Shown here: positions 45,760-55,811 of the stretch, in pieces
Position numbering within the stretch: position 1 is the first letter of the stretch
Layout: the number at the start of each line of letters is the position of its first letter
Source of the DNA: a virus
DNA: 64,000 nucleotides
IMG/VR virus record: IMGVR_UViG_3300032288_003288
Direction: 5' to 3' (one strand)
The notes under the pieces: generated by a model
Databases searched by the model: none
What the model was told of the DNA's origin: nothing
The model's input: only the letters and a program-made list of their open reading frames with translations
Position numbers and translations under genes: made by a program

Positions 45760-46418
45760 CAGCCCTCGAACGTTGAGTTCTGCTCGACCGCAATCCAATA
45801 CTCTACGTCGACGCCCTTGAAGTAGCTCAGTGCCTTGGACGAGATCTCGACTTCATAGTCACCGGGCAGAAGCTTCATGTTCTCTGCACGGATGATCATC
45901 TTAAAGGTAGCAGCGGTAGGTCCAACTTCGACCGAGTAGACGTCGCCGCTCGGGTTCTTGCTGTCGACAGCTTGTAGGCAGATGGTATTGCCATCACCGA
46001 TCACAGCGATCTCAGGCAGACCGAGAGTGGACAGTGCCTTCATCACTTCTTGCAGATCGTCTGCGGTAACCTTGAAGCGAACCTCAGGATCAGGAAGCTT
46101 GATGTCCTTTTCAGGCGGCGCAACCACCAGTGAAGGTTCAGTGAACGTGTAGTTCAGCTTCTTCGAACCCTGTCGAATCTCCATGTACTTTTCCTGAATC
46201 TTGAATTCTGGATCAGAGAACAGCGAGACAGTGCTGAGGAAACGAGAGAGGTCATAGATGGCAAAGGTGCCAGGAAACTCTACAGCTGCCTTGGCCCGAG
46301 CCATGACGCTCTTCGAAGGATTGATAGTTGCCAGAGTGTTGCCTTCCTTGAATACGATGGAAGGATTGATGGAAGAAAAGTTCTTGAGAACCTGAATGGT
46401 GCGAGTGTCAAACTTCAT
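45759..46418 (-). CDS. 45: Sliding clamp gp45
   Basis: LKNFSSINPS, IYDLSRFL, YWIAVE. Confidence 0.95.
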   Translation of the reverse strand: MKFDTRTIQVLKNFSSINPSIVFKEGNTLATINPSKSVMARAKAAVEFPGTFAIYDLSRFLSTVSLFSDPEFKIQEKYMEIRQGSKKLNYTFTEPSLVVAPPEKDIKLPDPEVRFKVTADDLQEVMKALSTLGLPEIAVIGDGNTICLQAVDSKNPSGDVYSVEVGPTAATFKMIIRAENMKLLPGDYEVEISSKALSYFKGVDVEYWIAVEQNSTFEG

Positions 46419-46477
46419 AATATAGCTCCGTTGTTGCAATCTTCATAATATACTCAATATTTACAGCAATGTACATA

Positions 46478-47044
46478 CTATTCCAAAGGAGAATTAGATA
46501 GATGCACGAGAGTAGCGTCTTCTAATTCTTTTCGATAATCAAAGCAGTTGGCTGCCCAGTCATACCACAGTTCGCGACCTTGATAGTCGTGAATAATGAC
46601 ATGAGCTGATTCCTTGACCTTACGAGAAAGGAAGGCAGCGGTTGGACCACGACCGATGCCGTCTACCAAGAACACGTCGGCTGAAGTGATCAAGTCGATA
46701 TCTGGACAGATGTACTCCGACAGACCGCAACCCATCTCTTCTTCAGGCCGAGCATAGTAAGTGTTTCTAATTTCTGGAGGAATAAGCAAAAAGACGTGGC
46801 GATCGATGTTTGGATGGTCCTTGATCTTTTCGCTGATGGTATCATACCAGTCTTCTGTGTGTTCGATAGACACCAAAGTCTGGCCTTCTTTTAGATGATC
46901 TAGAAAATAGATGGTCGAGCCTCCGCATCCCCATTCTACGAGAGTGCCATCGTCTGGCAGTAGATCGAAGATATATCCCGGTTCTACTTCAGTCATCAGA
47001 AGCGTGGTTGGTCCACACGTCTTGGAATCATACTCAATAGCCAT
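46478..47044 (-). CDS. Class I SAM-dependent methyltransferase
   Basis: VEWGCGGST, SIEH...W, VDGIGR, IIHD. Confidence 0.8.
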   Translation of the reverse strand: MAIEYDSKTCGPTTLLMTEVEPGYIFDLLPDDGTLVEWGCGGSTIYFLDHLKEGQTLVSIEHTEDWYDTISEKIKDHPNIDRHVFLLIPPEIRNTYYARPEEEMGCGLSEYICPDIDLITSADVFLVDGIGRGPTAAFLSRKVKESAHVIIHDYQGRELWYDWAANCFDYRKELEDATLVHLSNSPLE

Positions 47045-47049
47045 AACGA

Positions 47050-47967
47050 TTACTTTCTGTTCTTAAGCTTAGCCAACTGTCCCGTGTTCTTCTGTACAGG
47101 TGCACCTACTCTGTTCTTCTTGATGGTCGAAACGTCTGCCGTAGCTGCAGCACCGATCTGTGCAAGATCTACCAGAGAGCCGCCGAATACGTACATCCCG
47201 ACGTGACTGAGTTGCATCCATGGGCAGAACCAGACTTTCATGCCAGCCTTACGTGTCCACTGACAGAACATGTAATCCTCTGACAGGTAGCGCTTGGTGT
47301 CAGGGCAGATAGGTGTGTCAAAGAATGCCATGATCTCCCGACTGCCGTCAAAGTGTTCAGTGCGAACGTGATCAGGCTTGTACATCTGTTCAGGATATGC
47401 TTCTTGAAACTTCTCGAAGGTGTTACGACGGATCATCATGAATCCAGTGCCAGCTTCAAGAACTTCGACAGGACGGTCGAGTGGGATCTGAGTGACGCCA
47501 GCCGCAGGGTTGAACACATAGTCGCCTACATACTTTTCGAGGTTGTTTGCATTTTCGTCAGCAAATCCCTTATCGACAGCATGCTTGATCTTTTCCCAGC
47601 TGATACACTTCTTGGGATAGGGACCAGCAATGATGTCATACTCGTCCTCGGTAGGATCTTGACTCTGCAGAGCAAGAAGAGCGATTACATCCTGGGCGTT
47701 AAAACCGATGTCAGAGTCGATGAACATCAAGTGAGTGTCACCAGACCGCATAAACTCATCTGCGCAGTAGTTGCGAGCTCGAGTAATTAGAGACTCATTG
47801 AACAAGAAGTAGAAGCGAACCTGAATGCCGTAGCTGGTACAGAGCGCCGAGAGGTCGGCGATGGAGCGAGTGAACATGCCGGCACACTGACCGCCATACA
47901 TAGGCGCAGCTAAGAATAGCTTACGCTCACGTAGCTTCTCGATAGGTACAGTAATTTCAATTCCCAT
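47050..47967 (-). CDS. GT-A-fold glycosyltransferase-like protein
   Basis: PMYGG, NESLITRARN, FIDSDI (DxD), GTGFM, YLSEDY. Confidence 0.8.
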   Translation of the reverse strand: MGIEITVPIEKLRERKLFLAAPMYGGQCAGMFTRSIADLSALCTSYGIQVRFYFLFNESLITRARNYCADEFMRSGDTHLMFIDSDIGFNAQDVIALLALQSQDPTEDEYDIIAGPYPKKCISWEKIKHAVDKGFADENANNLEKYVGDYVFNPAAGVTQIPLDRPVEVLEAGTGFMMIRRNTFEKFQEAYPEQMYKPDHVRTEHFDGSREIMAFFDTPICPDTKRYLSEDYMFCQWTRKAGMKVWFCPWMQLSHVGMYVFGGSLVDLAQIGAAATADVSTIKKNRVGAPVQKNTGQLAKLKNRK

Positions 47968-47969
47968 GA

Positions 47970-48317
47970 TTAGTCCTTTTTGTTTTCAAGATCATGAACA
48001 TGTAGTTGGATGATTGCGTAGTGAATGACCTTGAGAAGGTCCTTACGCCAGTCTTTTGGATTCCCTTTGTGCCCGTATCGTTGAGCGTACTTCAATACGT
48101 TTCCGATACAGAAACCAGTGCCGTGACCGCCGTCGATGATAAACTCTGTGGCCTGATACTTGTTTTGGGAGTAGTGCTCACCGTAGGTGGCGTTGATATA
48201 TTCTGTGATTTCGCGAAGGAGCTTGCCTTCATTGTATTTATAATCGATTTCTGAAAGACTGTACAATTCTTTCTCTACGCTTTCAAGATGTTTCGTCAAG
48301 GTTTCACTCCTGATCAT
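47970..48317 (-). CDS. DUF3310-like nucleotide-modification-associated protein
   Basis: GFCIGNVLKYAQRYGHK...DLLKVIHY. Confidence 0.7.
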   Translation of the reverse strand: MIRSETLTKHLESVEKELYSLSEIDYKYNEGKLLREITEYINATYGEHYSQNKYQATEFIIDGGHGTGFCIGNVLKYAQRYGHKGNPKDWRKDLLKVIHYAIIQLHVHDLENKKD

Positions 48318-49354
48318 GAAAAAAAGTCCTCTAAGGTTGCTGGTTTCTGTTCAGATAGACCTGACCACTTACGGCCTTGCCAGTGTGGATACGATGCTCT
48401 AGATAGGTGCACTGACTTCGGCTTTTCCATACACTCAAAGTCAAGTTCTCCCTTATCATTCATCAGATAGTCGACCCACTCGATAAGGTTGACACTGCTT
48501 GTAGCACACAGTTTCTTCATCTCGTCCTTGAAGATGAGGCGCACAGTCTCACGACTTGCCCAGTCTCCATAGAAAGGTGTGCCTTTGTAGTAGCCAGTCT
48601 TCGGGAGTACGCGAGACTCATTCTCGATAGGAAGCAACTCATACACAGATACTTCTTCTGCGTCAAGCTTGACCAGCTGGTCGTGATAGCGATTCACTAG
48701 ATCTCGAGTCGCTTGCTCAGGATTTGATTGTCGCATGAGATGATGGCGTACGTCGATGTTGCCAAAATAGAATTCAACGAGTCTGTGATGCGGTTCGATA
48801 AAGGTACTTAGACCTTCCTTCAATGCGCCATGTAGAGTCTTAAAAGGCACAGAGTTGACATGCCAACCAGGCCGATACATGCAAATAGCGTGACTGTCTC
48901 CAGCCACGGCACGATTGACACACTCGATTTCCTTGATGGTTTGCGACGTATTCTCGATACGCTTTAGATTTTCCCAGTCGACCTTGTGCCAGTCAGGATG
49001 AATGTCGCCCTTCAAACGGGGCTCGAGCATCTCGCTGTACTTAGGATGGTCGATCCACAGAGAGTAGACAGTTTTTGAAGGATCGATCTTTGAGAAACGA
49101 ATTAGATTGTCGATGTTACCATAATTTTTCATACCACCGAAAAGATTCAATGAACCGAACCAATCGTTGCCATGATACACGTAGATAGCATCGAACGAGT
49201 TGATATCAGGATGAATGTCACCTGTCCTATCAAGATGCACATGACCACCGTTTTCTGTAGAAATCTGCTCTGCGTAGATGGCAGCCTGTGCTGCCCTATG
49301 AGAGTGGATGTTAGAGGAAACAGGTGTAAATGGAGATGTAATCAAAGACTTCAT
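48314..49354 (-). CDS. Modification-cluster protein with an SGNH-like C-terminal domain
   Basis: GDSH, FGNIDVRHHL, SVHLS. Confidence 0.55.
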   Translation of the reverse strand: MKSLITSPFTPVSSNIHSHRAAQAAIYAEQISTENGGHVHLDRTGDIHPDINSFDAIYVYHGNDWFGSLNLFGGMKNYGNIDNLIRFSKIDPSKTVYSLWIDHPKYSEMLEPRLKGDIHPDWHKVDWENLKRIENTSQTIKEIECVNRAVAGDSHAICMYRPGWHVNSVPFKTLHGALKEGLSTFIEPHHRLVEFYFGNIDVRHHLMRQSNPEQATRDLVNRYHDQLVKLDAEEVSVYELLPIENESRVLPKTGYYKGTPFYGDWASRETVRLIFKDEMKKLCATSSVNLIEWVDYLMNDKGELDFECMEKPKSVHLSRASYPHWQGRKWSGLSEQKPATLEDFFS

Positions 49355-50229
49355 AGATTTTTATCCCAATCACGATAAGATTCAACACGGTCATAGATCG
49401 TAGGATCTTGAAGGACTGGTTCTTTTCCTACGTTCCAGAACAGTATATCACGTTTTGTGTTTTTTGGAATGTATTTCCAAACTTTTCCGTCGTATGTATC
49501 GATACACGGGAAAGGAGGCATGTTCTCGGGCTTTTCTTGAGAAGTAAACGCCAACGGTTCTGAGATGACTTCTTCGACTCGGCCTGCCTCACCGGCCTTA
49601 AGGTTACGAGCAACAGCCACACTGTGGAACTTGGCGTTTGGCCATGCAATCTGCAATGCCCGGCTCAGGACACCAGTGGAGATGGCTACGTATACCTCTT
49701 CGGGCTCTTTGATCTTGGATGCGGCGTGTACGATGCCTGCTGTGGCCAACTCATGCTTTAGTCCGAGTGGAACGAAGAGAGCATTGTTCTCTTCTGCATA
49801 CTGCTTGGCATACAGATTCAAGTTAGGCATGGCAGCGATACGCTTGAAGATAGGAATGGCACCTTGCTCGATGCAACATGCCTGATGCAGTGATATAGTC
49901 TTACAAGCTGGCATGAAGAGGATGATCTTCTTGTTATGATTACGAGCTACGTCCAACAGAGAAACGCCAGCCAGTCCAGTGCGTGGCTGCGAGTAGACGA
50001 TAGTGCTGTAGTTGGACTTAGATGCCAACAAGTCTCCAGCTCGTGTCTTTGTGCCTACAATAAGATCGTCACGAACAACTCTAACACCATCATGGACAGT
50101 AACCACAGGATCCGGGTTATAGGGGAACCATCCTTCGGCAAGAGACAGATAGTATTCCTTCGCGCCTTCCCATCCATAGATGCCGACATCCTTGTTGTAA
50201 CCATCGAGTACGTGTTTGTTATGTGCCAT
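49351..50229 (-). CDS. PLP-dependent (fold type II-like) enzyme
   Basis: VRDDL..GTKTR (PLP Lys), STGVL, YDGKVW, LFWNVG. Confidence 0.8.
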   Translation of the reverse strand: MAHNKHVLDGYNKDVGIYGWEGAKEYYLSLAEGWFPYNPDPVVTVHDGVRVVRDDLIVGTKTRAGDLLASKSNYSTIVYSQPRTGLAGVSLLDVARNHNKKIILFMPACKTISLHQACCIEQGAIPIFKRIAAMPNLNLYAKQYAEENNALFVPLGLKHELATAGIVHAASKIKEPEEVYVAISTGVLSRALQIAWPNAKFHSVAVARNLKAGEAGRVEEVISEPLAFTSQEKPENMPPFPCIDTYDGKVWKYIPKNTKRDILFWNVGKEPVLQDPTIYDRVESYRDWDKNL

Positions 50230-51227
50230 TAATTCAGCCTGTCATATTGATTGGTGCGAAGCGACCACTCGTTAGGATATACCCAATCATAAGGAATCTG
50301 TGCGGTCTGAGACTTTACACCAAACTTCACAGCCATGTATTTGTAGTGCATGCAAAGCTTGTCTTCGAGGTTCAGGTACTGATGAGTATGAATAGGATTT
50401 GAAGGATGAGACTTGAGGTAGTTCATGTGTTCTACCTGCATCTTGGCTGCATCGTTCAACGGAACATACTCGCCGAACTCGTTGATCTCGTACTTACTCT
50501 TACTCATGAGATTAGGGCAATCAAACACTTGACTGAGACCATCAAAGTAGCCTGTGCCTCCATGAAGGAACGAGTCAGGATCTGCCCATTCCGGATGACT
50601 CATTGCCACATGTCGAGCCGCGTTCTTACAAGGATACATGGCATTCCTAAAGCCATAGTCTCTGACGAAGATCTCGTTCAGCGTCTTGGCTAATTCCATC
50701 ATTGTATACGGCCTGTTCAGAGAAGTAAATACTTTCTCTGAATGTTTTTCAGCAAAATCTTTGGGAACCTCACAAATCCATTCCTTGACATTGGTATCCT
50801 TTGGATAGTATATCTGGAACAAGTCATTACGAGCATGCCGTTCAGTCAAGAAACGCTGTCGCATGGCATCTGCGCTGCCAGCTCGCCATGAACGGAATGT
50901 CTGCCAATGTTCGTTAGTGAAAGAGAATACGAGGCATGCTTCTAGCACCGTCTGAGGATCTGATATCTGAATGACCTCATCCACGAACGGACATTCATGC
51001 CAGTGGAGTCGGTGACTAAACTGCTGATAGTTGTCACGAAGCAACGAGTCTCTGCGCATGTCATACTCACGACAGAACTCGAAGAACTTCTCAGTCCGTT
51101 CTTCCTGAGTCCAATCTTTCATCCATGACCGCTTAGGCTTACCCTTCTCGTCGTACTCTACCTCTGCGATGTTAGGATACTTTATGTCATGCTCGTAATC
51201 GCCGAGCATCTCAGCCAAGTAGTTCAT
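50229..51227 (-). CDS. Amino acid:DNA transferase-like (aGPT-Pplase, HhH-like) protein
   Basis: GGTGYFDGL...LEDKLCMHYKY; similar to the neighbouring ORF. Confidence 0.55.
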   Translation of the reverse strand: MNYLAEMLGDYEHDIKYPNIAEVEYDEKGKPKRSWMKDWTQEERTEKFFEFCREYDMRRDSLLRDNYQQFSHRLHWHECPFVDEVIQISDPQTVLEACLVFSFTNEHWQTFRSWRAGSADAMRQRFLTERHARNDLFQIYYPKDTNVKEWICEVPKDFAEKHSEKVFTSLNRPYTMMELAKTLNEIFVRDYGFRNAMYPCKNAARHVAMSHPEWADPDSFLHGGTGYFDGLSQVFDCPNLMSKSKYEINEFGEYVPLNDAAKMQVEHMNYLKSHPSNPIHTHQYLNLEDKLCMHYKYMAVKFGVKSQTAQIPYDWVYPNEWSLRTNQYDRLN

Positions 51228-52365
51228 TCACTTTTGCCTTATACTCGTCTACGCTCATGCCTACTTGCTTGAGAACAGCGTCGTCTGATGGATGGGCAGT
51301 CATGCCGTTGAAAGTCTTTACGAGACCAAGATCTAGCATCGGCTTCTGACGACCGAACGGATGGTCCTTGATTCGACAACTTGACCAAACAGAGTCGAAG
51401 CAGAGATGGTCGTAGTCGGATCCAGGCTTGACGTAATTTTCTACCCAACGAATGAAGTCACAGCACACATCTTCTGCGTTATAGGGAAATGCACCAGTGT
51501 CTGCATAGATCTGTTCCATAACTGTATCGAGGAACTTTTCCTTCTGCAGCTTCTTGGTATTGATGCCAAGATACGAGATACATTCCACTGCATTCGTTCC
51601 GTAATAGAACGGGCTCTCGAGGTTTACGTACTGTGGATACCAATCGGCGATGTCTGCAACGAATGCTGCATACTGAAAGCGATACACTCTCAGACCATGG
51701 CGTGTATTCCAATCGAATAGCCACTCGCCGATCTCGCGTAGATCCTTTTTGGCGTTACTTTGTTCGAGCCACTCTGCAAGTTCACGACACAGTTTAGGCG
51801 CAAACTCGCTGAGATAGTAGTCTCCGCCTCGCTTATAGTTGGTGCCAGCTGGAATCTTGGGGAAAGATGGGAACTGGTAACCTACAGACGTGTAGAATGG
51901 ATGAGGATAGTGGTTGATAAAACGAACCATCTCCTCGATCGTACGAAAGTTGTACAGATGAGGCAGCACAGTGTTGTGATATCCACTGGGCTTCTGTGAG
52001 TAGTTGATACCTGAACCGGTCACACGATGCAGCAGGAATACATACAGCCATTCAGGCAACTTGAAGTCTGCGTGCTTACCAGTCCAGTCTGTGGCAATCT
52101 GCTTGCGCTGACGAGTGTGGATGCCCTGTTCCATCTTATGGAAGTATGGATGTTCAGGTGTCCAGCCATAGAACACGTCGTTGACGATCTGCGAGAAGCC
52201 AGCAAACTTGCGTTCGACAACGTCATAGAGCTCTACGTTCTCCATAAGGTCGTCGTTCATGTTTGATTCTAGATACGGCACAGTGCCAAGGTTACACTTT
52301 GCCTGTTGATCTTTGGCCAGATGAAAGTAGCGGATGTACTCGTCGTAGTACTTAGTCTGTTCCAT
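51211..52365 (-). CDS. Amino acid:DNA transferase-like (aGPT-Pplase, HhH-like) protein
   Basis: FQYAAFVADIAD...GTNA...AEDVCCDFIRW. Confidence 0.6.
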   Translation of the reverse strand: MEQTKYYDEYIRYFHLAKDQQAKCNLGTVPYLESNMNDDLMENVELYDVVERKFAGFSQIVNDVFYGWTPEHPYFHKMEQGIHTRQRKQIATDWTGKHADFKLPEWLYVFLLHRVTGSGINYSQKPSGYHNTVLPHLYNFRTIEEMVRFINHYPHPFYTSVGYQFPSFPKIPAGTNYKRGGDYYLSEFAPKLCRELAEWLEQSNAKKDLREIGEWLFDWNTRHGLRVYRFQYAAFVADIADWYPQYVNLESPFYYGTNAVECISYLGINTKKLQKEKFLDTVMEQIYADTGAFPYNAEDVCCDFIRWVENYVKPGSDYDHLCFDSVWSSCRIKDHPFGRQKPMLDLGLVKTFNGMTAHPSDDAVLKQVGMSVDEYKAKVNELLG

Positions 52366-52768
52366 GGATATATGCTCTCAATCGTTCTATCAAATCCAGC
52401 TCGTACTGTCGAGAATTCAAATTCCTATTCCGCGGAGAAGGATGATCAATTTTTAGGTGAGGTATATTATACTTATAGCAGATTTTGGAGACTACTCCAC
52501 CGAGTGCAATGATTTTTTTGCGGCTCTTTGTTTTCTCTAAAAGGAGATCTACGTTGACCATACTAGGATGCATGCCATTGACTACGTCTGGTATGACGTT
52601 ATGAAAGTCCCATTCTGTCAGACCAACTTCATCACACCAACTCTTGAGACGAGCAAATGTGCCGTTCTTGAAAGGCACAGTCTTGGAAGACGGCGAAAGT
52701 CCGAGGATGATTATGTCCTCGGACCTCCGATGATTTTCAATAAAGTCAGGTACAGATTTAAGCCGCAT
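52352..52768 (-). CDS. Uracil-DNA-glycosylase-superfamily-like protein
   Basis: LGLSPS, IIALGG, HPSPRN. Confidence 0.7.
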   Translation of the reverse strand: MRLKSVPDFIENHRRSEDIIILGLSPSSKTVPFKNGTFARLKSWCDEVGLTEWDFHNVIPDVVNGMHPSMVNVDLLLEKTKSRKKIIALGGVVSKICYKYNIPHLKIDHPSPRNRNLNSRQYELDLIERLRAYIHGTD

Positions 52769-52949
52769 TGCGAATCTTTTGCAAGACAGAATCTACGCGC
52801 TCTTCTACCCATTGACAGGAACCATCTACCATAGACACACCAGTTCCTAGAACATTACCTAGCGCATCTTTTCTTTCAAAAATCTTGGTAATATGAGCTA
52901 CATTAAAATAGGCAGCTTGGCCTACTACATCGAGATATATAAAATGCAT
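52758..52949 (-). CDS. Small hypothetical protein
   Basis: ORF within the operon. Confidence 0.55.
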   Translation of the reverse strand: MHFIYLDVVGQAAYFNVAHITKIFERKDALGNVLGTGVSMVDGSCQWVEERVDSVLQKIRNAA

Positions 52950-52950
52950 A

Positions 52951-53598
52951 TTACTTCACCTTATCAAAGTGGCGCTCATATACATGGAGAGAGCCAACGT
53001 TCCAAATAATCTTGCGAGAGCCAAGACCTAGAGCAGTTTGCAACAGACTAGCCACATGGTCTTGCCATGCCCAGTCATTGCGATAGCCGAACACTACGTC
53101 ATTGCTACGCATCTGAACGACTGCAATGAGTTGGTCACCACGAATCATGTACTGCACCGCATTGGTACACATGAAGTCAGACATGCCATTGCGATTATAG
53201 TCGAGCCACATCGAAGGACGAGTGTAGATCATGATGGCACGCCGGCTGTTTGGATTTTGAGTCAGTTCGTTGTAGACTTTCCAATACTGAGCACCGTTGT
53301 CGTCAGACCAGATACACCAACCATAGTTTGAGTTGATGAAGCCGTCCTTGTCAGCCACCTGTTTCCAGATCTGAGGAACAGGAGCAGGGATATCATTGAC
53401 GTTGAGAGACTTGGACTTATACCAACTAAGCTCGCGTTCGACGTAGTCTTCGTTGATCTCGCCGAAGATGGTAGGCTCATCTGCTTCGAAGCTCTGACCA
53501 ATCAATTCGATAGTTTTAACGCCAGTCTTGTCAGTTACAAATCGTTCACACCGCAGTTCTTCAATGAAGTATTCGCGGATATGTTCTACCTTAAGCAT
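52951..53598 (-). CDS. 42: Thymidylate-synthase-fold dCMP hydroxymethylase-like (gp42-like)
   Basis: NSNYGW, SRRA, DFMCT, MRSNDVVFGYRNDWAWQ, SLHVYERHF. Confidence 0.85.
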   Translation of the reverse strand: MLKVEHIREYFIEELRCERFVTDKTGVKTIELIGQSFEADEPTIFGEINEDYVERELSWYKSKSLNVNDIPAPVPQIWKQVADKDGFINSNYGWCIWSDDNGAQYWKVYNELTQNPNSRRAIMIYTRPSMWLDYNRNGMSDFMCTNAVQYMIRGDQLIAVVQMRSNDVVFGYRNDWAWQDHVASLLQTALGLGSRKIIWNVGSLHVYERHFDKVK

Positions 53599-53998
53599 TC
53601 AAGTCATCTCCAAACTGATCATCGACTGCAGTAGTCGACTTACCGGCTGCAGAGGTAGTCTTTATCGGTCGATTGAGAAAGTCTCGACTAGGATCTTGAC
53701 CGTCCATCTTGCCACGACAGTATGAGACCACGAACGAGGCGTAGTTGATCAGATCTTTGGCCGAATCTTCGATCGACTCGAAGTTGGGAGTGTAGGTCGG
53801 ATCTTTTTCCATTGCCTCGATCACTGACTGCATGCGCAGAGTCTTGGCATAGATGAGATCAAGGATGGTGGCTACGCCACGCGGATAGTAGTCAGCTTGA
53901 CGAATGCGAGACGCTTCGTTCTGGTAGTCTTTAGACTTCTTGAGCTGGACTTCAGCACATTCTTGCAGGACTTTGATTGATTCACGTTCTTTAGACAT
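53591..53998 (-). CDS. Nucleotide-modification-associated helical protein (DUF1599-like)
   Basis: KKSKDY...ESIEDSAKDLINY. Confidence 0.7.
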   Translation of the reverse strand: MSKERESIKVLQECAEVQLKKSKDYQNEASRIRQADYYPRGVATILDLIYAKTLRMQSVIEAMEKDPTYTPNFESIEDSAKDLINYASFVVSYCRGKMDGQDPSRDFLNRPIKTTSAAGKSTTAVDDQFGDDLNA

Positions 53999-54464
53999 AT
54001 TCTTCTACCTTTTCAATTTTATTGAAATCGAACCGATCATTACCATTACGCTTTATGTGTTCTAAAGCGAGCTTGGCGTCGACAACACCAAGTATAGTAT
54101 ACTCAACTTCGTCATTTAAGTACAACCTTTTATAGCCATTTGTCCATTTCCAGACAACAAGATTTTTGATTCTGCCTGCAGCTATCTGCTTTTGGATCCA
54201 CGGACTAACATGAACTCCTTCTTGCGAATACAACTTATAGTCTAAAGTTTCTAAATCTTCATGCGTTGTGTCGAAAGTGGCACCTTCATGAAGAGTCTGT
54301 TTCGGATCGATCTCACATTGGTGATGTTCTGGAAATTCACATTCTACGCCGAATATTCCACGAGTATAATCTGCCGCCTTACGATTGCAGTGATCTATAA
54401 ACTTTTGATTGACTGTTCCCTTGTATCTTCCTACAAGGAGTTTGGTTCTAGCGATCATAATCAA
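53991..54464 (-). CDS. Hypothetical protein, possible PD-(D/E)XK nuclease
   Basis: E...FD...LDYK pattern; AT-rich. Confidence 0.45.
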   Translation of the reverse strand: MIMIARTKLLVGRYKGTVNQKFIDHCNRKAADYTRGIFGVECEFPEHHQCEIDPKQTLHEGATFDTTHEDLETLDYKLYSQEGVHVSPWIQKQIAAGRIKNLVVWKWTNGYKRLYLNDEVEYTILGVVDAKLALEHIKRNGNDRFDFNKIEKVEEYV

Positions 54465-54724
54465 ATGCTCCGGTAATGTTTATCCCAGGATGAATCAGTC
54501 ACTCGCAGGCCCTGAGAAGCCAAGTAAGGACGCCACATCGACTCGCAGACGTATGCCGATGTGTTGGCATTTTGGATGTCATATGTGAGACGATTGACTG
54601 CAGCCTTTTGACGAACAGTCTTGGTCGGGAATGTGGCAATAATCTCCAGAGCCTTGGATTTGGCTTCCGCTAAGGGAAGCTTGTCCAGGCTCTGGAGCAC
54701 GGCGAGTTGATCGTCTTTGGTCAT
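54461..54724 (-). CDS. Early hypothetical protein
   Basis: Promoter 54753-54781. Confidence 0.65.
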   Translation of the reverse strand: MTKDDQLAVLQSLDKLPLAEAKSKALEIIATFPTKTVRQKAAVNRLTYDIQNANTSAYVCESMWRPYLASQGLRVTDSSWDKHYRSI

Positions 54725-54797
54725 GATGTAGCTTTCTCCAATTGATATACTAACTATACATCAAAAAGAGAAATATGTACATGTCTTATTTTCGTAA

Positions 54798-55199
54798 TTA
54801 AATCAAAGCCTTGAGATTACCATGGTTACCTTCATGGCTGGGAGCTTGCCATCCCTCAGGCTTGATGAGGTCTGGGAGACCGAGGGGATTAGGCCGACTG
54901 GCCTTGACGCCTACCTGCTTGTTCATGTTGGCATCGAGGACTTCGTTCCATGCCCGATGACTGTCGATATCAAAGGCATCGAGGGTGCCGATAGCAACGA
55001 CGCAGAGGTCGATCAGAGCATCTACGATTTCCTCGGGGTTGTTCATGTTTGACTTAAGCTCGTCGAGTTCCTCCTGAAGGAAGTCTACACGAAACTGCAG
55101 GAACTGCTTGAGTTTGTCTGCATCTAGCTTCTTGATTGCCTCATGCACGCCGTAGTGCTTGTGCATGTCATTGATATCTTGAACCCAATTCTGTGACAT
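54798..55199 (-). CDS. All-alpha dNTP pyrophosphatase (MazG/gp56-like dCTPase-dUTPase)
   Basis: EELDE, EIVDALIDL, ANMNK, KPEGW. Confidence 0.8.
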   Translation of the reverse strand: MSQNWVQDINDMHKHYGVHEAIKKLDADKLKQFLQFRVDFLQEELDELKSNMNNPEEIVDALIDLCVVAIGTLDAFDIDSHRAWNEVLDANMNKQVGVKASRPNPLGLPDLIKPEGWQAPSHEGNHGNLKALI

Positions 55200-55256
55200 T
55201 TGCGTCTCCAATGTTGATCATGTTATAGTACGCTGACTTTTTGATAAAGTACATGC

Positions 55257-55811
55257 TTAATCGGTAAACCACTTAAGTAGTTGTTCCTGATCCTTATTTA
55301 GTGGTCCCTGTGTCTTCTTGGCAATGCGAGCGATCTTTTTCTGCTGCTTCTTGGCAGCCTCAAGATGGAAGCGATTGGCCCGAGAAGTAAACGCGATGCC
55401 ATCCAGATGATCTAGCTCATGCTGAAATACTCGCGATGTCATGCCATCCAAGCGACGAGTTACGATGTTGCCGTCCGGAGTGGTATAACGAACACGAATG
55501 ACGCGAGGTCTCTTTACTTTGACAAAGAGATTTGGATAGGAGAGACAACCTTCTTCGAGGTAGATCTGTTCATTTCCATATGCTGTGACGATTGGATTGA
55601 AGCATCCTATGATCTCTTGACTACGAATAGCAAAGGCTCTGTAAGGTAGGCCGATCTGAGGAGCTGCCACTCCCAGAGCATCAGTCTTTTGAATGACTTC
55701 ACCAAGAAGGTTGTATAGTTCCACCGGATTCATTGGTGGATTGTTGAAGTCAAATCTCTCTGTACCTTCCTTGAGAACGGGATCGTTACAGTCTACTAGT
55801 TCTCTAATCAT
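55257..55811 (-). CDS. def: Peptide deformylase
   Basis: GVAAPQIG, EGCLS, QHELDH. Confidence 0.95.
   Translation of the reverse strand: MIRELVDCNDPVLKEGTERFDFNNPPMNPVELYNLLGEVIQKTDALGVAAPQIGLPYRAFAIRSQEIIGCFNPIVTAYGNEQIYLEEGCLSYPNLFVKVKRPRVIRVRYTTPDGNIVTRRLDGMTSRVFQHELDHLDGIAFTSRANRFHLEAAKKQQKKIARIAKKTQGPLNKDQEQLLKWFTD

Noticed and set aside
52951-53598. Ordinary thymidylate synthase ThyA
   Set aside because: It lacks the PFN-type Asn motif and carries the gp42-like RND and DFMCT motifs.
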